From Azolla caroliniana (Eukaryota > Plantae > Polypodiophyta): a stretch of DNA of 64,000 nt. Under the pieces are notes generated by a model. The model had not been told where the DNA came from and ran no database searches. It saw nothing but the letters and a program-made list of their open reading frames with translations. The position numbers and the translations under genes are program-made. Location of the stretch: contig JBHGNT010000022.1 of the NCBI GenBank assembly GCA_043228905.1, positions 5,580,001 through 5,644,000 of the forward strand. The letters are read 5' to 3'. Positions 37,760 through 52,300 of the stretch are shown in pieces (position 1 is the stretch's first letter; every line of letters starts with the position of its first letter).

Positions 37760-38920
37760 TGATCGACGTCGGTAGTGGAGTCGATGTTGGCTTCATGTTC
37801 AAGCGCTTCAGCACTTTACGAATGTAGTCGGATTGGGAGAGTCAAAGGGTCCGCATTGTCTAATTTCCCTCTATCCACATGTCCAGTATGTGTCGGGCTT
37901 GTCCTTTGTCATGAAGGCTCCGCTTTAATTTTCTGATCTCTCCGCGGTTGCTCCATGCAATTAGCAATGTCGTCGACGTATAGGATCAGATAGATCCAGG
38001 ACTCATTGGCCAATTGCCGAGTGTACATACATGGGTCGGATTTGGACCGGTGGTAGCCAAGCTGCCTAATGTAGGAGTCGAACTTGTGGTACCACATCCT
38101 TGGCGCTTGTTATAAGCCATAAAGGCTTTTCTTCAGTCAACATATGAGGTGACCTTCCTCCCTCGTCACCATGAAGCCTACCAATTGAGACATAGAGATG
38201 TCTTCTTCCAAGTCTCCGTGTAGGAATGTCGTCTTGACTTCTAGCTACTCGAGCTCTAGGTCTTCAGTTGCCATGACCCCAAGTAGGAGTTAGAGGGTGG
38301 TCATCTTGATTTCTAGTGAGAATATCATGTCGTAGTCGACCCCTTGTTCTTATTTGAATCCCTTTGAAATGAGCCGAGCTTTGTATTTGGGCTTCTTTGA
38401 AGCAAATACATATTTGTATTAGAAGACCCATTTGCAAGGCAACGACTTCCTTCGAGCTGGTAATTTGACCGACTCCCATGTTCTATTTTGATGAATCGAT
38501 TCCATCTCAGATTTTATGGCTTGTAGCCATGTCCTGATATCCGGTGCAACTATAGCTTCTTTGTATGTGCTTGGTTCACTTGCATCGATATAATTTACAT
38601 AGTTGAGGCCCGGTTGAGAGAACTCTATTTGCCTTAGAAATTGTCCGAACCTCCTGGGTGCCGAGTTGATTGTTTTGGGTCCATTGATCGGGGATGTTGG
38701 TGGATCGACATTACTTGAACTATTTGTAGGAGTCCTTAAATTTGGATGACTCGCCCCTGCAATAGGATTTTAGCGATGTCGAATCATCCTTCCTTTTTTC
38801 AGGATGGATTGACAGAGTGGTTGGTGCCTTGATCGGTTCTATTTGATGTTTTGGTACCTTGGCATGTTTGGGTGTGTCGGTCGTATTGACTTTGTCTCTT
38901 TTGACTCTGTTGTTTTCGAC
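37760..38920 (-). mobile_element. Old copia RT remnant
   Basis: WYHKFDSY..LILYVDDI; FLHGDLEE. Confidence 0.75.
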
Positions 38921-38924
38921 TCGA

Positions 38925-39893
38925 AACTTCTAAGATAAGATGGACATTGATCAACTAGGCCCAAATCTCTTGGACGTTAGAGGCCTATATTCCTATTCTA
39001 GTAAATAGGAACATTATAGGAAGAGTTAGTGTCAGGCTCAGTTAATGAGCATTCAAGTACTTGTCAGTACTTGTGTTAGACCACTCATGAGGGCTTGTAT
39101 ATAAAGTGCTCTTTGAGCACATTCCTTGTAACCGAGTACATAGAGAACATTTTGCGAATAGAAGATTATTGTTATCCGCTCTCTCTCTCTCTCTCTCTCT
39201 ATCTCTCCCACTGTGTTTACCTAATTGTTGTCTTTCCAAATAACTGATTGTACTCTATATCTTACACATACGCTTTCACACACATATTCTTTTACATGGT
39301 ACCCGAGCGGGAGAGTTAGAAGAATCCTCTGTTGCTGACAAAGCGAGCAAGACAAAGTCAAGCTTTCGTTGTTTCAGAAAAGAAAAGACAGGAACATGGA
39401 TAGAGGTATGGGAAGCTCGCTTCCGATAGAAAAGCTCGACACGAGCAACTATACAACTTTGGCATACAAGATGCACTAGTATCGACTCGGTCATGGATAC
39501 TGGAGTTACATGGAAGGAGCAAATGATGCAACACTCGATGCGACACAAAGGGACTTTCTGGCCTGGGAACAAGCGGCAAGCAGAGTAACGTACTGCTTCG
39601 TGTTCAGTGTCGAAGACCAGATGCTAAGCTACATCCGAGATGCCAAGACACCAAAGGATGCGTGGGCGAACCTCAAACGGGTTTTTGCACCGCGAGCACA
39701 ATGGCCAGAAAGTTGCGGCTTAGGCCAAAGCTCACCAATGTCTGATAGAAAGATCTATCTATGGCCGATTACACAACCTGGATCAAGGAGATCTGTGATT
39801 CCCTCACCTCCATCAACATAACCGTTGCGGAGGATGAAATGGTGTAGGTCTGCCCCGGTGGTCTGGCATCCAGATTCAGATAATTCTTAACAA
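38925..39893 (+). mobile_element. Copia family-2 5' LTR (to 39296), PBS and partial gag
   Basis: tttaca|tggtacccgagc; gag MDRGMGSSL.. homologous to F. Left boundary approximate. Confidence 0.8.
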
Positions 39894-42015
39894 TGTCGTG
39901 CCTTTTAGCGCCGGATCGTTTGCGTGAGTCAGGTGGGAACCGCCGGGGTTTTGGACTAGGAGGAGGAAGAATTTGAGATGAGTTTAGTTATGAATATGAA
40001 TCGATTATAAGAAAGAGAGATTGAAACTTGCAAATCCCATAAGTATATTGTATTAGATTAATCAATATTAAGATAAGAATATGAATTCAGATTGAAATAT
40101 AAGGATATAGAAACCTCGTGATTCCCACGAGTATAGTTTATTTTTTTTATTAATATTTAAAACTCTAATAATAAATTAGAATAGATTGGAAGAGAAAGAT
40201 ATAGAAAACTTGTGAATCCCACAAGCATAGTTTATTTTATTAATCATTATTTTTTACCCCTAATGATTTTTTATCCATAGTTTTCTCCCCTTTATTAAAT
40301 TGTGCTCCCCATCCTTATATAGTGATGAGAGAGTCTTAGCAATCCATGCTTTTCTCTAACTATTGATTATATGCTTTTTCTAACATGCTTTTTCTAACGT
40401 CATACGTTTTTTATCGACTATAGTGTTTATGCACGCTAGATGTGCATGTGTAGCCTTTTTCTATCATATGTTTTTCTTCTAGGTAAAGCTTTTGCCTAGA
40501 AAATATGCGTGAAGTAAGCTTTCTATGTGCGATATCTACTTTTCTAATACTCATGATGTGTTAGTGTAATGGTAAGGCTTCAAATTATTAACATCGAAAT
40601 ACAAGGTTCAAATCTTGCCCTATGCATGTAATATATATTTTTTTCTTTTTCTTCATATTTATTCAATAGGTTATTTTATGTGTTTTTCATGTAGTGTATG
40701 AAATACAGTACGACATTCGCCCCCTCCGAACCCGCACATCTTCCGGTATGTGCTGAAATTGTAGGTGCTCGTAATTCTCCTTTACCCATAGTGCCCTCCG
40801 TTTCTCTCGCTATGTCGACTTTGTCTCTCCATTTTGAGCACATCCATTCTTTCCACCCGAACCATTGTCTCCATCTGATCCACCATATTATTCATTCACT
40901 CTTTGCATGGCCATGACCGGTTGTCATGACTCGTTGTGCTCCTCCTGAGCATAACCCTTCATGTCTCGTGCATGTGCCACCTTCGTTCCGACTGTCTCGT
41001 TAGTCAAGGCACTTCGACCTATCATTTATTCTTGTTTTGTGCCTTCCTCCCCAAGTCATTGTCCGAATATCGACGTTGGCTATCCCATGTAGTCCCTTAA
41101 AGTTCATGTTGTCATGCTTCCCACTTCGTCCACCTTCTTCATACAATCTCGCGTTAGAGTTTACAATCTTCATGTTAGAGCCATCTTTTGTCGAGATCTC
41201 ATCCTCGGTAACATCCTTCAAATCTTCTTGGCCCGCTTGGTCCTTGTCATCCATGGTAGTGTCTTTTCTTGACCTCTTCCTTGTCTTCATCAACCTGGAC
41301 TTCTTTCCGAATCGGTCTCGTCCGATCAGCTTTCGTTTGGATCGGCTTCCGATCGGATTTGTATTCGGCTGAATCGGACTCGGTTGATCGGTTTCAACCG
41401 AGTTGGCCCCCTTCCGGGTCGGGTTCGATCTATCGGTTTCAGTTTGGGTTGGCTTTCTTTTCCTCGTGTTCACCGACCTCACCGGTTCAACCTCCGGTTG
41501 AGTCAAATTAGTGTCTTTCTGGATCGGTCTCGTCAAATCGGCTTTCGGCTAGGTCGGTTTCCATCCGTATTTGTGTTTAGGTGAATCGGAGTCGATCGAT
41601 CGGTTTTGACCGAATTGACCCCCTTTCGGGTCGGCTTTCTTTCAGATCGGAATTCCGGCTGAATCATCTTCGACCCCAATTGACTTCCAGTTCTTTCTTT
41701 CTTACTGCTCTCTATCTCTTCATCAAACTCTACCTCACCGCAACCTTCCATCTCTCCGGTCTCATGTTGGCTCTCATGCACAACTGCCAATGTCTTTGGA
41801 ATGGGATTGGAGGAATCCCTATCTCTTTGATCAATCCCAATCACCTCCTACTTATCGCTCGTATTGGCTTGGTCTTCCACTTAAACACTACCATCTTCCG
41901 TTTCTCCGGTCTCACATTGCCTCTCGAATGCAACAGCCGAAGTCTCTAGAACTAGTGGGAAGGAATCCTTGGTATTACCGTCATCAATCAAATCATCCTT
42001 AGCCACCTTCCCCTC
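39894..42015 (-). mobile_element. Older family-D element D3: 3' LTR 39894-40715 plus internal repeats
   Basis: LTR homologous to D1; PPT ggagggggcgaa; ORF 41000-41536 similar to 28671-29738. Confidence 0.88.
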
Positions 42016-42303
42016 TGTCAAAGTAAACGTGCGGAAGCATTAGACAGAACCGGCTCATCTGGATAGCAACAGAGAATAAGAGGTTTAATGGAGAAGCTTA
42101 ATACATAGAGAGTATACGTGCACGTGCGCGCAAGAGAGAGAGAGAGAGAGAGAAAGAGAGCAGAACATAAACTCAATTCAAAATAATTCTAAAACTCTAT
42201 ACGTACAATGTGCTATAACAACACTATTTATACAAAGTTCATAAAGGACTGACATAAGTACTGACCAGTACTTCAATGCTCATACGAGCGACTAACACTA
42301 ACT
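42016..42303 (-). mobile_element. Partial copia family-2 LTR
   Basis: Shares gtgcggaagc, aggtttaatggag and ggactgac..agtacttcaatgctcat with the F LTRs. Confidence 0.7.
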
Positions 42304-45300
42304 ACGAGACAATGAATAGTAACCGACGGACAGAAGTGCAGAAATATTACAATATAGTAAAAGCGTAAGAAATGCATGTAACGGTTCACGTGGGAAGCGT
42401 GAACGGCTAAAAGACCCTGGGTATATAAAGGGCAGAAATCCTCTATAAGAGGTAGCGTGTAATTTTGATGCAAAGAGCGTTATTCTAGTAGAATACTATC
42501 TTCTCTGATTTCTGTGCATATTTGTGGTTTTTTCTGCTGTGTTCTTTGTTCTTTGTGGTGGACTGTAATCATAAAGGTGTATGCGTAAGTGTGGATACTA
42601 AGTGCACTTCCTAAGGAGTTCGGTTGTAGCCGTCTCCCTAATACGCAGATTCTTTCATCTCCCTACTAGGATACGGGGAAGTATCCCATTACGTATTACA
42701 GTACGACGGTACCATTCCTTGCAACACAATCACCTTGAGGTCTAGGTTGAATGCCTGACCGTAGACAGTGTTCCTAATCGGTAACACGTTTGGCACGCCT
42801 GGTGATCTGTGTCTTCTCGCAGACGAACAACGATGAATGGATGTTTAGCCGTAGATGTCCGAGAGAACCAACACGACACGACCGACCATTCACAAGGTCC
42901 ATCACACGTCAGGTAGAGGAACCCGCAAGACAAAAACCTCGCCTCAGTGACCTCACTAATATTTGTCGGGACCACAAAATCGCCCGCCCACTCACCAAAT
43001 ACCCCGGCGACATGCAGGAAGTTCCATTACCACACAAGTACGGTGGTCTTCCCCTGCCCGCCATCGCATCGAGCATGGCCTTCTCCTATTCCCGCTTCAA
43101 CGGCGAAACAGACACCGCAACCCACATTTGCTTGTTCCTGAATGTCTGGAATGCGAATCACATGGCGCAGAGACTTCCTGAAGAGGTAGCGCACCAGTCC
43201 AAAATGACAGAGTTTGAATTAACGCTGGATAGTAGAGCTGTGTTTTGGCATTCACAGATGGATCTGCCAGCAATCATGGCTTTTGACCAACTACAGTCGG
43301 CCTTTTTGCGTTCTTTCATCGGATGGTGCCGCAATGCGAAATCCTCGGGCAGTTCTATACAATCAAACAGGTGCCAGCCGAGACTGTCGTGGACTTCAGT
43401 TTACGCTTCCAAAATCTACGGCGAAAAGTAGAACGGGGCCCGACAGAGGACGACGCTCGAGAGACATTTCTAGCAGCCTTACGGCGAACGATACGGACGA
43501 CGCTCAACAACAATAGCGTGAAAGGAGAAACGACTGATATGGTCATAGAACGAGCGTTGCAACTCAAGCTCGACGAAGAAGAGGAAAGGTTGTCTATGTC
43601 CTCATTACGACAAGTGTTACCTCAGGACGAGGAACGACATTTTCACCAGGCAATCCAGTGTACGATTTGCCTAATTTTGGACATTCCGCAGTGGAATGCG
43701 ACATGCGAATCCACTACCCAATCTGTCACTCGAAAGCACACACAGTCGAACAGTGTGAGTACAATATGTTGAACAGACCCATGCCCACAGTACGAAGCGT
43801 TGAAACACAATGACCACCTCACTGTAATGATCAAAGGCGCCAAGAAGAATGACCCCGGTATACGGATCGAAATCCATGCGATGACCGGCAGTACCGGAAT
43901 CGCCGGAATGACAACGATTCTGAGGAAGAAGAACTGGAGGACGAAGACTACTAGGGCAACCACAGATATAATAAAGGAGGAAGACGTTATGAAAAATACC
44001 GTCCGACAAACAAACATGGTTGCTTCAATGGGCCTCGCGGGAAACATCGACAATATAGGGACCAACGACGCTACGACGAAAGTTCGGACGATGATCAGCA
44101 CCAGGAGCCGTGCCGGGACCAACAACAACCACCACAGACTTTCAAAAGAATGAACCAAGACCGAGAGGAGCAAGTCACACTTGGGGATAGGAACACGCCA
44201 CCAGCTGCCGAGAAAGGCGAATCCAGCATCCATTGTTTCGTTTGCCAACAACCCGGACATTATGCCACTCAATGTCCACTCCGCAAGGGCAAGGGCCCCG
44301 CCATCAATACGATTATGGCGGACATTCAGCAAGTTACGACAAGATAGCAAACGAAAAGTGTTGATTGGGCTGCGCAAGATGAGATACGTTAGACAGCCCA
44401 AGGATGGGTGGAAAAAGCGAACGGGGCCAATACGGAACGCATGCAGCAGGAGTCCGCCAACAATGTTGGGCCATTGGAGGAAGATGTAATATCTCTGGAT
44501 CCCATATGGCAAGAACTAGTAGGCTGCGAAATAACATTGACCATGGAGAAGCTACTTCAAGTAGTTCCACAGTTCAGCCAAGTCGTAGAGGATCACATAA
44601 CGGGCAGACTTGGGGTAAGCGTCTCCGCCAACTTTACGGACACCAACGCCAGACCAACAATGGTGGATCACCACAATCCAGCTATTAAGTTGGTATTACA
44701 CAATCAGGAAATCATAGGATGCGTAATCGACGGAGGCTCTAGCGTCAATGTAATTAGCGCGAAGACATGCGAACATTTGGGAATTTCCGAATGGGAAGCT
44801 TGCCCGTTTTGGCTTCGCATGGTGGATACCCGCTCAGTAAGGCCTTTAGGCTTAATGCGAAAATTAGGCATCATCATCGGCGGACATCGCTTCGACATCT
44901 CGGTGGTAGTTCTCGCCCTAGACGCCCTAGGAGCGTATCCTATGCTGCTTGGCAGACCTTGGCTTCGTTTGGTGAAAATAAAATAGAGCTGGCAACATAA
45001 GTGCATCAGTTTTCGACGCGTACCCATAGAGGAAATGGCGGCACAACCCAAGGGGTTAACACCGTTATACGCGGAAGATATAAATATGTTGGATGGGGTG
45101 GATGATACAGAATTAGAAGCATACCTTGACGACCACCACCGAATCGTTCCGTTATTCATAATCGACGTAATAGAAACCACAGTGGATTACGCTATGCCTA
45201 TTGTGCTCCACGACGAGGCTTATGAACCAAACCCAGAGTCGATATTGGAATTAAGCAGAGCACGGGCGACATTCGAGAGGGAAATGGAAATTTCACGACG

Positions 45301-46130
45301 AGTCTCTGCTTGAGCCCTAGAAGAAGTGAACGTAGGTACGACGTCAGACCCCTGATTCCTCTCCATCGCAAAAGAGTTACTACCGGATCAGAGAGAGGCG
45401 ATGATAGCAGTGCTCAGGAAGTATAAAGATGTGTTCGCTTGGTCCCACGAGGACATGAAGGGATTAGATCCGAAGTTTTATCAACATAAGATCAATTTAG
45501 CGACCGATGCGAAACCAATCCAACATCGTCAATACCACATGAATCCAAATTACACGGTCGCGTAAAAGAGGAAATTGACAAACTTCTTAAGGGTGGATTC
45601 ATTCGACCACTCAAACAGGCTACATGGCTAAGCCCGATAGTAGTCGTATGAAAGGAAAATGGCAAAATACATGTGTGCATGGACTACTAAAAATTGAACA
45701 TCATAACCATTACAGACGCGTTCCCTTTACCTTTCAACGACAGCATACTGGATGCAAGTGCAGGCCATGACATGTACAGCTTTCTGGATGGATTCAGTGG
45801 GTACAATCAAGTATGCATGCACCCTGACGACCAAGAGAAGACGGTGTTTGTCATGGACTAGGGAGTCTATGTCGCGGTCGTCATGATGTTCAGGCTAAAG
45901 ACGGCGCCGGTTAAATTTCAGTGGACAATCACAGAGATTTTTGGGGAATATATACTTGCCTTCATGCAGGTCTTTTTAGAAGATTTTGCGGTATATGGGA
46001 CAACAACCGAACATTTTACGCATCTACAGCTTTGCCTGGAGCGTTGCTGGACATCACACTTCAGCCTGAACCCCGCCAAATGCGCCTTCAGCATCACCAG
46101 CGGGGCCCTTCTCGGCCACCTAGTTAGTAA

Positions 46131-46694
46131 GGAGGGGATAGCGGTTGATCCAAACAAAATCTTCGCGATTACTCACGCAAAGACGCCGACAAATGCCAAA
46201 GCACTTAGCCGGTTTCTGGGACAAATACAATGGCACAGTCGGATGATACGCTATTTGGCGGATTTCGCCACACCATTACATGCCACCGTCCACCGTACTC
46301 CTTTTAAATGGACAACAATGGAAGAAAAGGCGTATGATGCACTAAAAATAATGCTAACGCAGGCACCGGTCGTATAGCCACTAGATTGGGTGAAACCATT
46401 TCATGTGTTCATGGAGGGGATAGCGGTTGATCCAAACAAAATCTTCGCGATTACTCACGCAAAGACGCCGACAAATGCCAAAGCACTTAGCCGGTTTCTG
46501 GGACAAATACAATGGCACAGTCGGATGATACGCTATTTGGCGGATTTCGCCACACCATTACATGCCACCGTCCACCGTACTCCTTTTAAATGGACAACAA
46601 TGGAAGAAAAGGCGTATGATGCACTAAAAATAATGCTAATGCAGGCACCAGTCGTATAGCCACTAGATTGGGCGAAACCATTTCATGTGTTCAT
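46131..46694 (+). repeat. 282-bp direct tandem duplication inside E pol
   Basis: ggaggggatagcggttgatcc starts at 46131 and 46413; ORFs 45883-46377 and 46390-46659 share sequence. Confidence 0.92.
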
Positions 46695-46916
46695 GGATGC
46701 CTCAGATATAGCAATAGGTAGTGCGCTGATGAAACTCACGGAGCCGAATTGGTACCGACTAGTGTACTACGCCAGTTGAAAACTATCAACGGTTGAGCGT
46801 AACTATTCCACAATGGAACATGAAGCGTTGGGTATGATATACAACATCAATAAATTCCGACATTATCTCCTAGGGCGAAAATTCACGTTTCACGTGGATC
46901 ATACGACATTGTTATT

Positions 46917-47667
46917 TGTTAGGAAACAGGTCCCTCCGGATGGGAGGTCAGAAGAACAATACTGATGAGCAAACTCGGCCAAGGCCGATAGGCCTCGGCC
47001 GAAACCGGATGAGGAATACCCAGCTACGGAAGACCCAGTGAGAACCGGATGACGAGTACCCGGCTACGGAGAGCCGGATGTTGCAGACCCAGTGAGAACC
47101 GGATGACGAGTACCCAGCTACGGAGAGCCGGATGTTGCAGACCCGGTGAGAACCGGATGACGAGTACCCGGCTACGGAGAGCCGGATGATGTAGGCCCGG
47201 TGAGGAGTGCTCACCGGATGAAGAGACATATTCGTAAATATGTTTCTGAGAGTCGATCGTGGCTATATTTGTAAATAGCCGAAAAGTCATATTAGTATAA
47301 ATATGACTTAGGGCAAACTTTTGAGAGAGTTGTTGTCATTCTTGTTGGCGCAAGATTAGAGAGCGCAACTGTGTACAGAGAGAGTGAGAAAGAGGAAGAG
47401 GTTGTTGCCTCTGATTGTAACCGCTGCCTGTGGCGAAGATAGCAAGCTCGAGGTCGTGGCCTCGGTGCTTTCTTGTTGTACATTCTAATACAGTGGTAGT
47501 TTGCGGTCTGTGGGCTGCCGTGGTTTTTTCCCGAGTTTGTGTTTTCCACGTAAACATCCTGTGTTGTCTTCTCTCCTTTGTGTCGTGCTTTCATTCCCGT
47601 TTTCTGTGTTTGATCTTAGACTCGGTTGTGGCCGAGCGGTGTTCATCGGAGCGTGCAGTTCCTGTCA
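46917..47667 (+). mobile_element. Copia family-1 solo LTR in the RNase H of E, with 54-bp internal tandem repeats (47031-47192)
   Basis: TGTT..GTCA; homologous to 1-479; host frame HTTLL|YLVGKQ resumes after it. TSD not clean. Confidence 0.8.
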
Positions 47668-47674
47668 TATCTGG

Positions 47675-48050
47675 TGGGGAAACAGGCACTGACAAGAAAA
47701 TTGACTAGATGGATGTTGCTCCGAGAATTCGACTTTGTAATTCAGCACCGATTGGGTACGCAACACGCGGTGGCGGATTTCTTGAGCAGATTAGAAAATG
47801 GAGAAATGGCGCAAAAGATGACGACGACTTTTCGGATGCGGACATCCTGCGTATAACAACTGTTGGGGAAATAGGCACTGACATGAAAATTGACTAGATG
47901 GATGTTGCTCCGAGAATTCGACTTTGTAATTCAGCACCGACTGGGTACGCAACACGCGGTGGCGGATTTCTTGAGCAGATTAGATAATGGAGAAATGGCG
48001 CAAAAAGATGACGACGACTTTCCGGATGCGGACATCCTGCGTATAACAAC
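47675..48050 (+). repeat. ~189-bp tandem duplication in E pol
   Basis: tggggaaa.aggcactgaca at 47675 and 47864; duplicated WMLLREFDFVIQHRLG. Confidence 0.9.
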
Positions 48051-49370
48051 TTTAGCAGCAAGAACAGAAAAGACTTTTCTGGATCCGTGGTTGATGGAAA
48101 TGACCTACTTTCTTACCACGGGGTTATCGCCACCATAATTAAGGACGGGTGAGAAAAAACAGTTGGCCGTCCGGAGCCGTAATTTCTGTTTAGTCGAAGA
48201 CGTCCTATATGACAAAGGCAGTGATGGCATCTGGAGGCGTGGAATACGGCAGGATGAGAAGGTAGCGGTTTTACGCGAACCTCACTGTGGTACGGCGGGA
48301 GGACATTACGCGGGTGATGTTACGGCCCGGAAAATCTGGCAAGCAGGACTTTGGTGGCCAACTACGCAAAAGGATGCGAATGAATATTGCAAACAGTGCG
48401 ATTTATGCCAACGGATGGGCCAACCCACGAAAGTTGCGAGAATTCCCCATCAATCGGTGTTGCCATTGGATCCTTTCCAAAAGTGGGGGTTTGATTTTGT
48501 GGAACCCTTTACCCCGGCGGCTGCCCGAATCGGCAATAAGTATATCCTGGTGGCTATGGATTACTGCATCAAATGGGTAGAAGCGAAACCACTACGCCAA
48601 AATACCGCGGCAGTCACGGAAAAATTCCTTTATGAACATATTTGGTGTCGTTTTGGCTGCCCTATTCAGTTTATTGGTGATGAAGGGAGTCACTTTCTGA
48701 ATATGGTCATCAACAAACTGACCCAAGACTACGTCGTGGTTCACAAAAAGAGTACGTCGTATTACCCATAGGCAAATGGCTTGGCCGAATCCACGAACAA
48801 AACATTACAAACTATCCTCAAAAAGATAGTCAATGAGAACAGAACAGATTGGGATACCAAATTGCACAGCGCATTATGGGCATATCAAACCAGCTATAAG
48901 ACCACCACAGAATCCATGCCTTTCAGGCTAGCATTTGGGCTGGAGGCCGTAATGCCAATCGAATTCTAGGTACTCAGTCTGCGGATTCAAGTACGAGACT
49001 GGCTGCTAGAGGACAAATCCGAACAAATACGACTCCAACAACTGCTAGAACTAGGCGAAACCCACACAGTATGGCCATATTGGAACAAGAACAATGGCAG
49101 CGCAAAGCATTCATGGACCGACATCGGCATGCGCGTGAAAAAGATTTTACGGTCGGGAAGGCAGTATTAGTTTTTCAAACACACATGGGGCAAATGCCAG
49201 GAACATTAAGATTCCACTAGAAAGGCCCATATTGGATAGTTGGAACGGAAAATGACATGTTTCAACTTGGCACCTTGGCCGGAGAGGTGCTCCGACAAAA
49301 GGTGAATGTGTTTCGCTTAAAACCCTACCTGGGGCCTACGCCACCTAACCCGTTCCCCGTTGGACAAGAC

Positions 49371-52300
49371 AATTGATAAGGTGAAGGCTAATAGACTACC
49401 AAAGCATCGACCATATGATTGCCCGATTGATTTGTTGCCTGGAAAAGAGCCTCCATGGGGGTCAATTTATAAACTTTAGTCCACAGAGTTAGAGGTTCTT
49501 CGGGAATATATCGATGAGAACTTGGTGAATGGGTTTATCCAGCATGCAAGATCTCCTACCGGCGCACCCATATTTTTTGTTAAGAAGAAAGATGGTTCGC
49601 TTCTTCTGGTCGTGGATTATAGAAGATTGTATAAAGTAACTATTCAAAACCGATATGCTCTACCATTGATTTCGAGCCTTCTGGAATGCCTCAATGGAGC
49701 TAAGTATTTCACAAAGTTAGATCTTCGAGGTGTTTACAATCTTGTTCGAATTCATCCTATTCGCTATGGCAATTTTGAGTATACAGTGATGCCATTTGGT
49801 CTCACGAATGCACCAACAGTTTTCCAACATATGGCAAATGACATTTTTCGAGATTTCCTCGATATTTTCTTCATAATTTACCTGGATGATATCTTGATCT
49901 ACTCAAAAACTCAAGAAGATCATTATATACACGTCCGACAAGCTTTGCAACGGTTGGGTGAATATGGTCTCTATGTAAAATTGGAGAAGTGCAATTTCGA
50001 CCAACGTCAAGTGGATTTTTTGGGGTACATAGTCTCTTGACATGGCATCTCTATGGATCCAGCAAAGGTTCAAACTGTTTTGGATTAGCAAACACCGCAA
50101 TCTGTGCGTGATGTACAATGTTTTTTAGGGTTCACAAACTTTTATTGCAAGTTCATCAAAGATTATTCAAAGATCATATTGCCCCTCACTCATATGACAC
50201 AAAAGAATCGACCATTTGTGTGGAGTATAAATGCAAACTCTACATTTGAAGGATTAAAGCAAGCATTTACATCCGCACCATTTTTGATACATGTTGATCC
50301 ATTGAAGCGCTTTATAATCAAAGCCGATGCATGCGACTTCACACTAGGAAGCATATTGTCCCAGATTAGCAATGATGGCCAACTGCACCCTATGGCTTTT
50401 CATTCACAGAAATTCGAAGCTGTAGAAATCAACTATGAGATTCACAACAAAGAGCTTCTTGCCATTGTGGATTCTTTTCAACAATGGCGTCATTTTTTGG
50501 CGGGTTCATCTCAACAAATCATTGTCTATAATGATCACAAAAATCTAACATACTTCCAAAGTGCTCAAGTCTTGAGTCATCGACAAGCTCATTAGGCGCA
50601 GTTCTTAACTCGTTTTGATTTCGTAATTCTATATCGCCCTGGGACACAACAAGGAAAAGCAAATGCTTTATCTCGGCGTTCGTATATGGAACTTCAACCA
50701 GGAGAGGCCTCATTTGAAAGTCAGAAGCAAATCCTGATCGTATGCGACTAATGGCATTTCATGCTATTAACACAACCGGCGATTCAAGTCTTCTGGACTC
50801 CATTTGGGAGCATATTGATACTGATGAATTCGCCCAAGATATTATGAACCATATTATCCCAAATCGTGCTTCTTGTTCACAATCTCAAAATCCTTGTCAA
50901 GACTACAACCATTTTAATTGGCATGACGGTTTACTTTTTCGACAAAATCTCGTATATCTGCTTGATGGTCCTTCTTGACTCCAAGTCTTACAACAATGTC
51001 ATGACACACCAATGGCTAGACATTTCGGCATCCACAAGACTTTGGCGTTAATTTCTCGAAGATATTGGTGGCCACGACTTCGCCATTTTGTTACAGATTA
51101 TGTTTGTAGTTGTGATACATGTTGGCGATCCAAAAAACCTCGACATAATCCATATGGCTTATTATAGCCAAGGCCTATTCCTGAGAGTTCATGGAAATCT
51201 ATTTCATTAGACTTCATTACGGATCTACCACCTTCCAAGGGTTTTGATTCTATTCTCACGGTAGTAGATCTTTTTACCAAGATGGCACATTTTCTTCCCT
51301 GCACAAAGGCCATTACGAGCCAAGAGACATTCGAGTTACTCATGTGAGAGGTGTTTTGGCATCATGGTCTTCCTGATGATATTATCAGAGATCGGGGTCC
51401 CCAGTTCATCTCAAAATTTTGGTGGCACATGTTCAAACTCTTACATACTTCTTGCAAACTCTCTTCCGGCTACCATCCAGAAACTAACAGACAGAGTGAG
51501 CGCACCAACCAAACAGTAGAACAATATCTTCATTGTTTTGTCAACTACCTACAAGATCATTGGGTTGATCTATTACATTTGGCAAAATTTGCTTACAACA
51601 ACTCAGAACATTCTTCTACTGGATATTCCCCATTTTTTGCAAACATTGCGTACCATCCTCGTTGGACTATGCTTGAACATCCTGAACTCTCGACAAACCC
51701 ATCTGCTGAAGATCGGCTCACCCGACTCCAAGAAGTTCAAGATATCCTTTTGCACCATTTATGTGATGCTCAAAACACTCAAAAGAAGGTTGTCGACCGT
51801 CATCGACGTGATTCATCGAGTACATTTCAAGTGGGAGATCGAGTATGGCTTTTACAAGGTCGCATTAAAACAACCCGACCTTGCTGCAATTTGGATTATG
51901 TGATATCTAGTAAGATCGATGATGTGGCATTTCGCCTTGATCTTCCCCCTCATATGCATCTTAACCCGGTCTTCCATGTTTCACTTTTGGAGCCATACAC
52001 AACCAGCTCTATTCCAGACCGTCTTACATCTCCCCTACCTCCAATCGAAGTTTCGGATGGCTCCGAATATGAAGTTGCTACCATTCTCGACTCCAAGATC
52101 GTTCACAACAAACTATATTATTTGGTTGACTAGTTAGGTTATACACCTAATGATCCAACATGTGAACCTCTCGAGAATCTTGCTAATGCCTCCGAAATGG
52201 TTGCTGTGTTTCACAACAAATATCCCCATAAGCTAAGTCCGAAATCTTGTCTTCCAACTCGTGGAACTCGTTGTCGAAAAGGGGGGATAGTGTCATGAAG

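Larger units (their letters stand above)
42304..49370 (+). mobile_element. Degenerate autonomous-type non-chromovirus gypsy element E (no aRH seen; Athila/Phygy/Selgy-like), 3'-truncated
   Basis: 5' LTR ends GTAACA at 42786; PBS TGGCACGCC at 42791. Gag with CFVCQQPGHYATQC, PR IDGGSSVN, RT FLDGFSGYNQ, RH MDASDIAIG, INT HCGTAGGH/FQKWGFDF. Confidence 0.88.
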
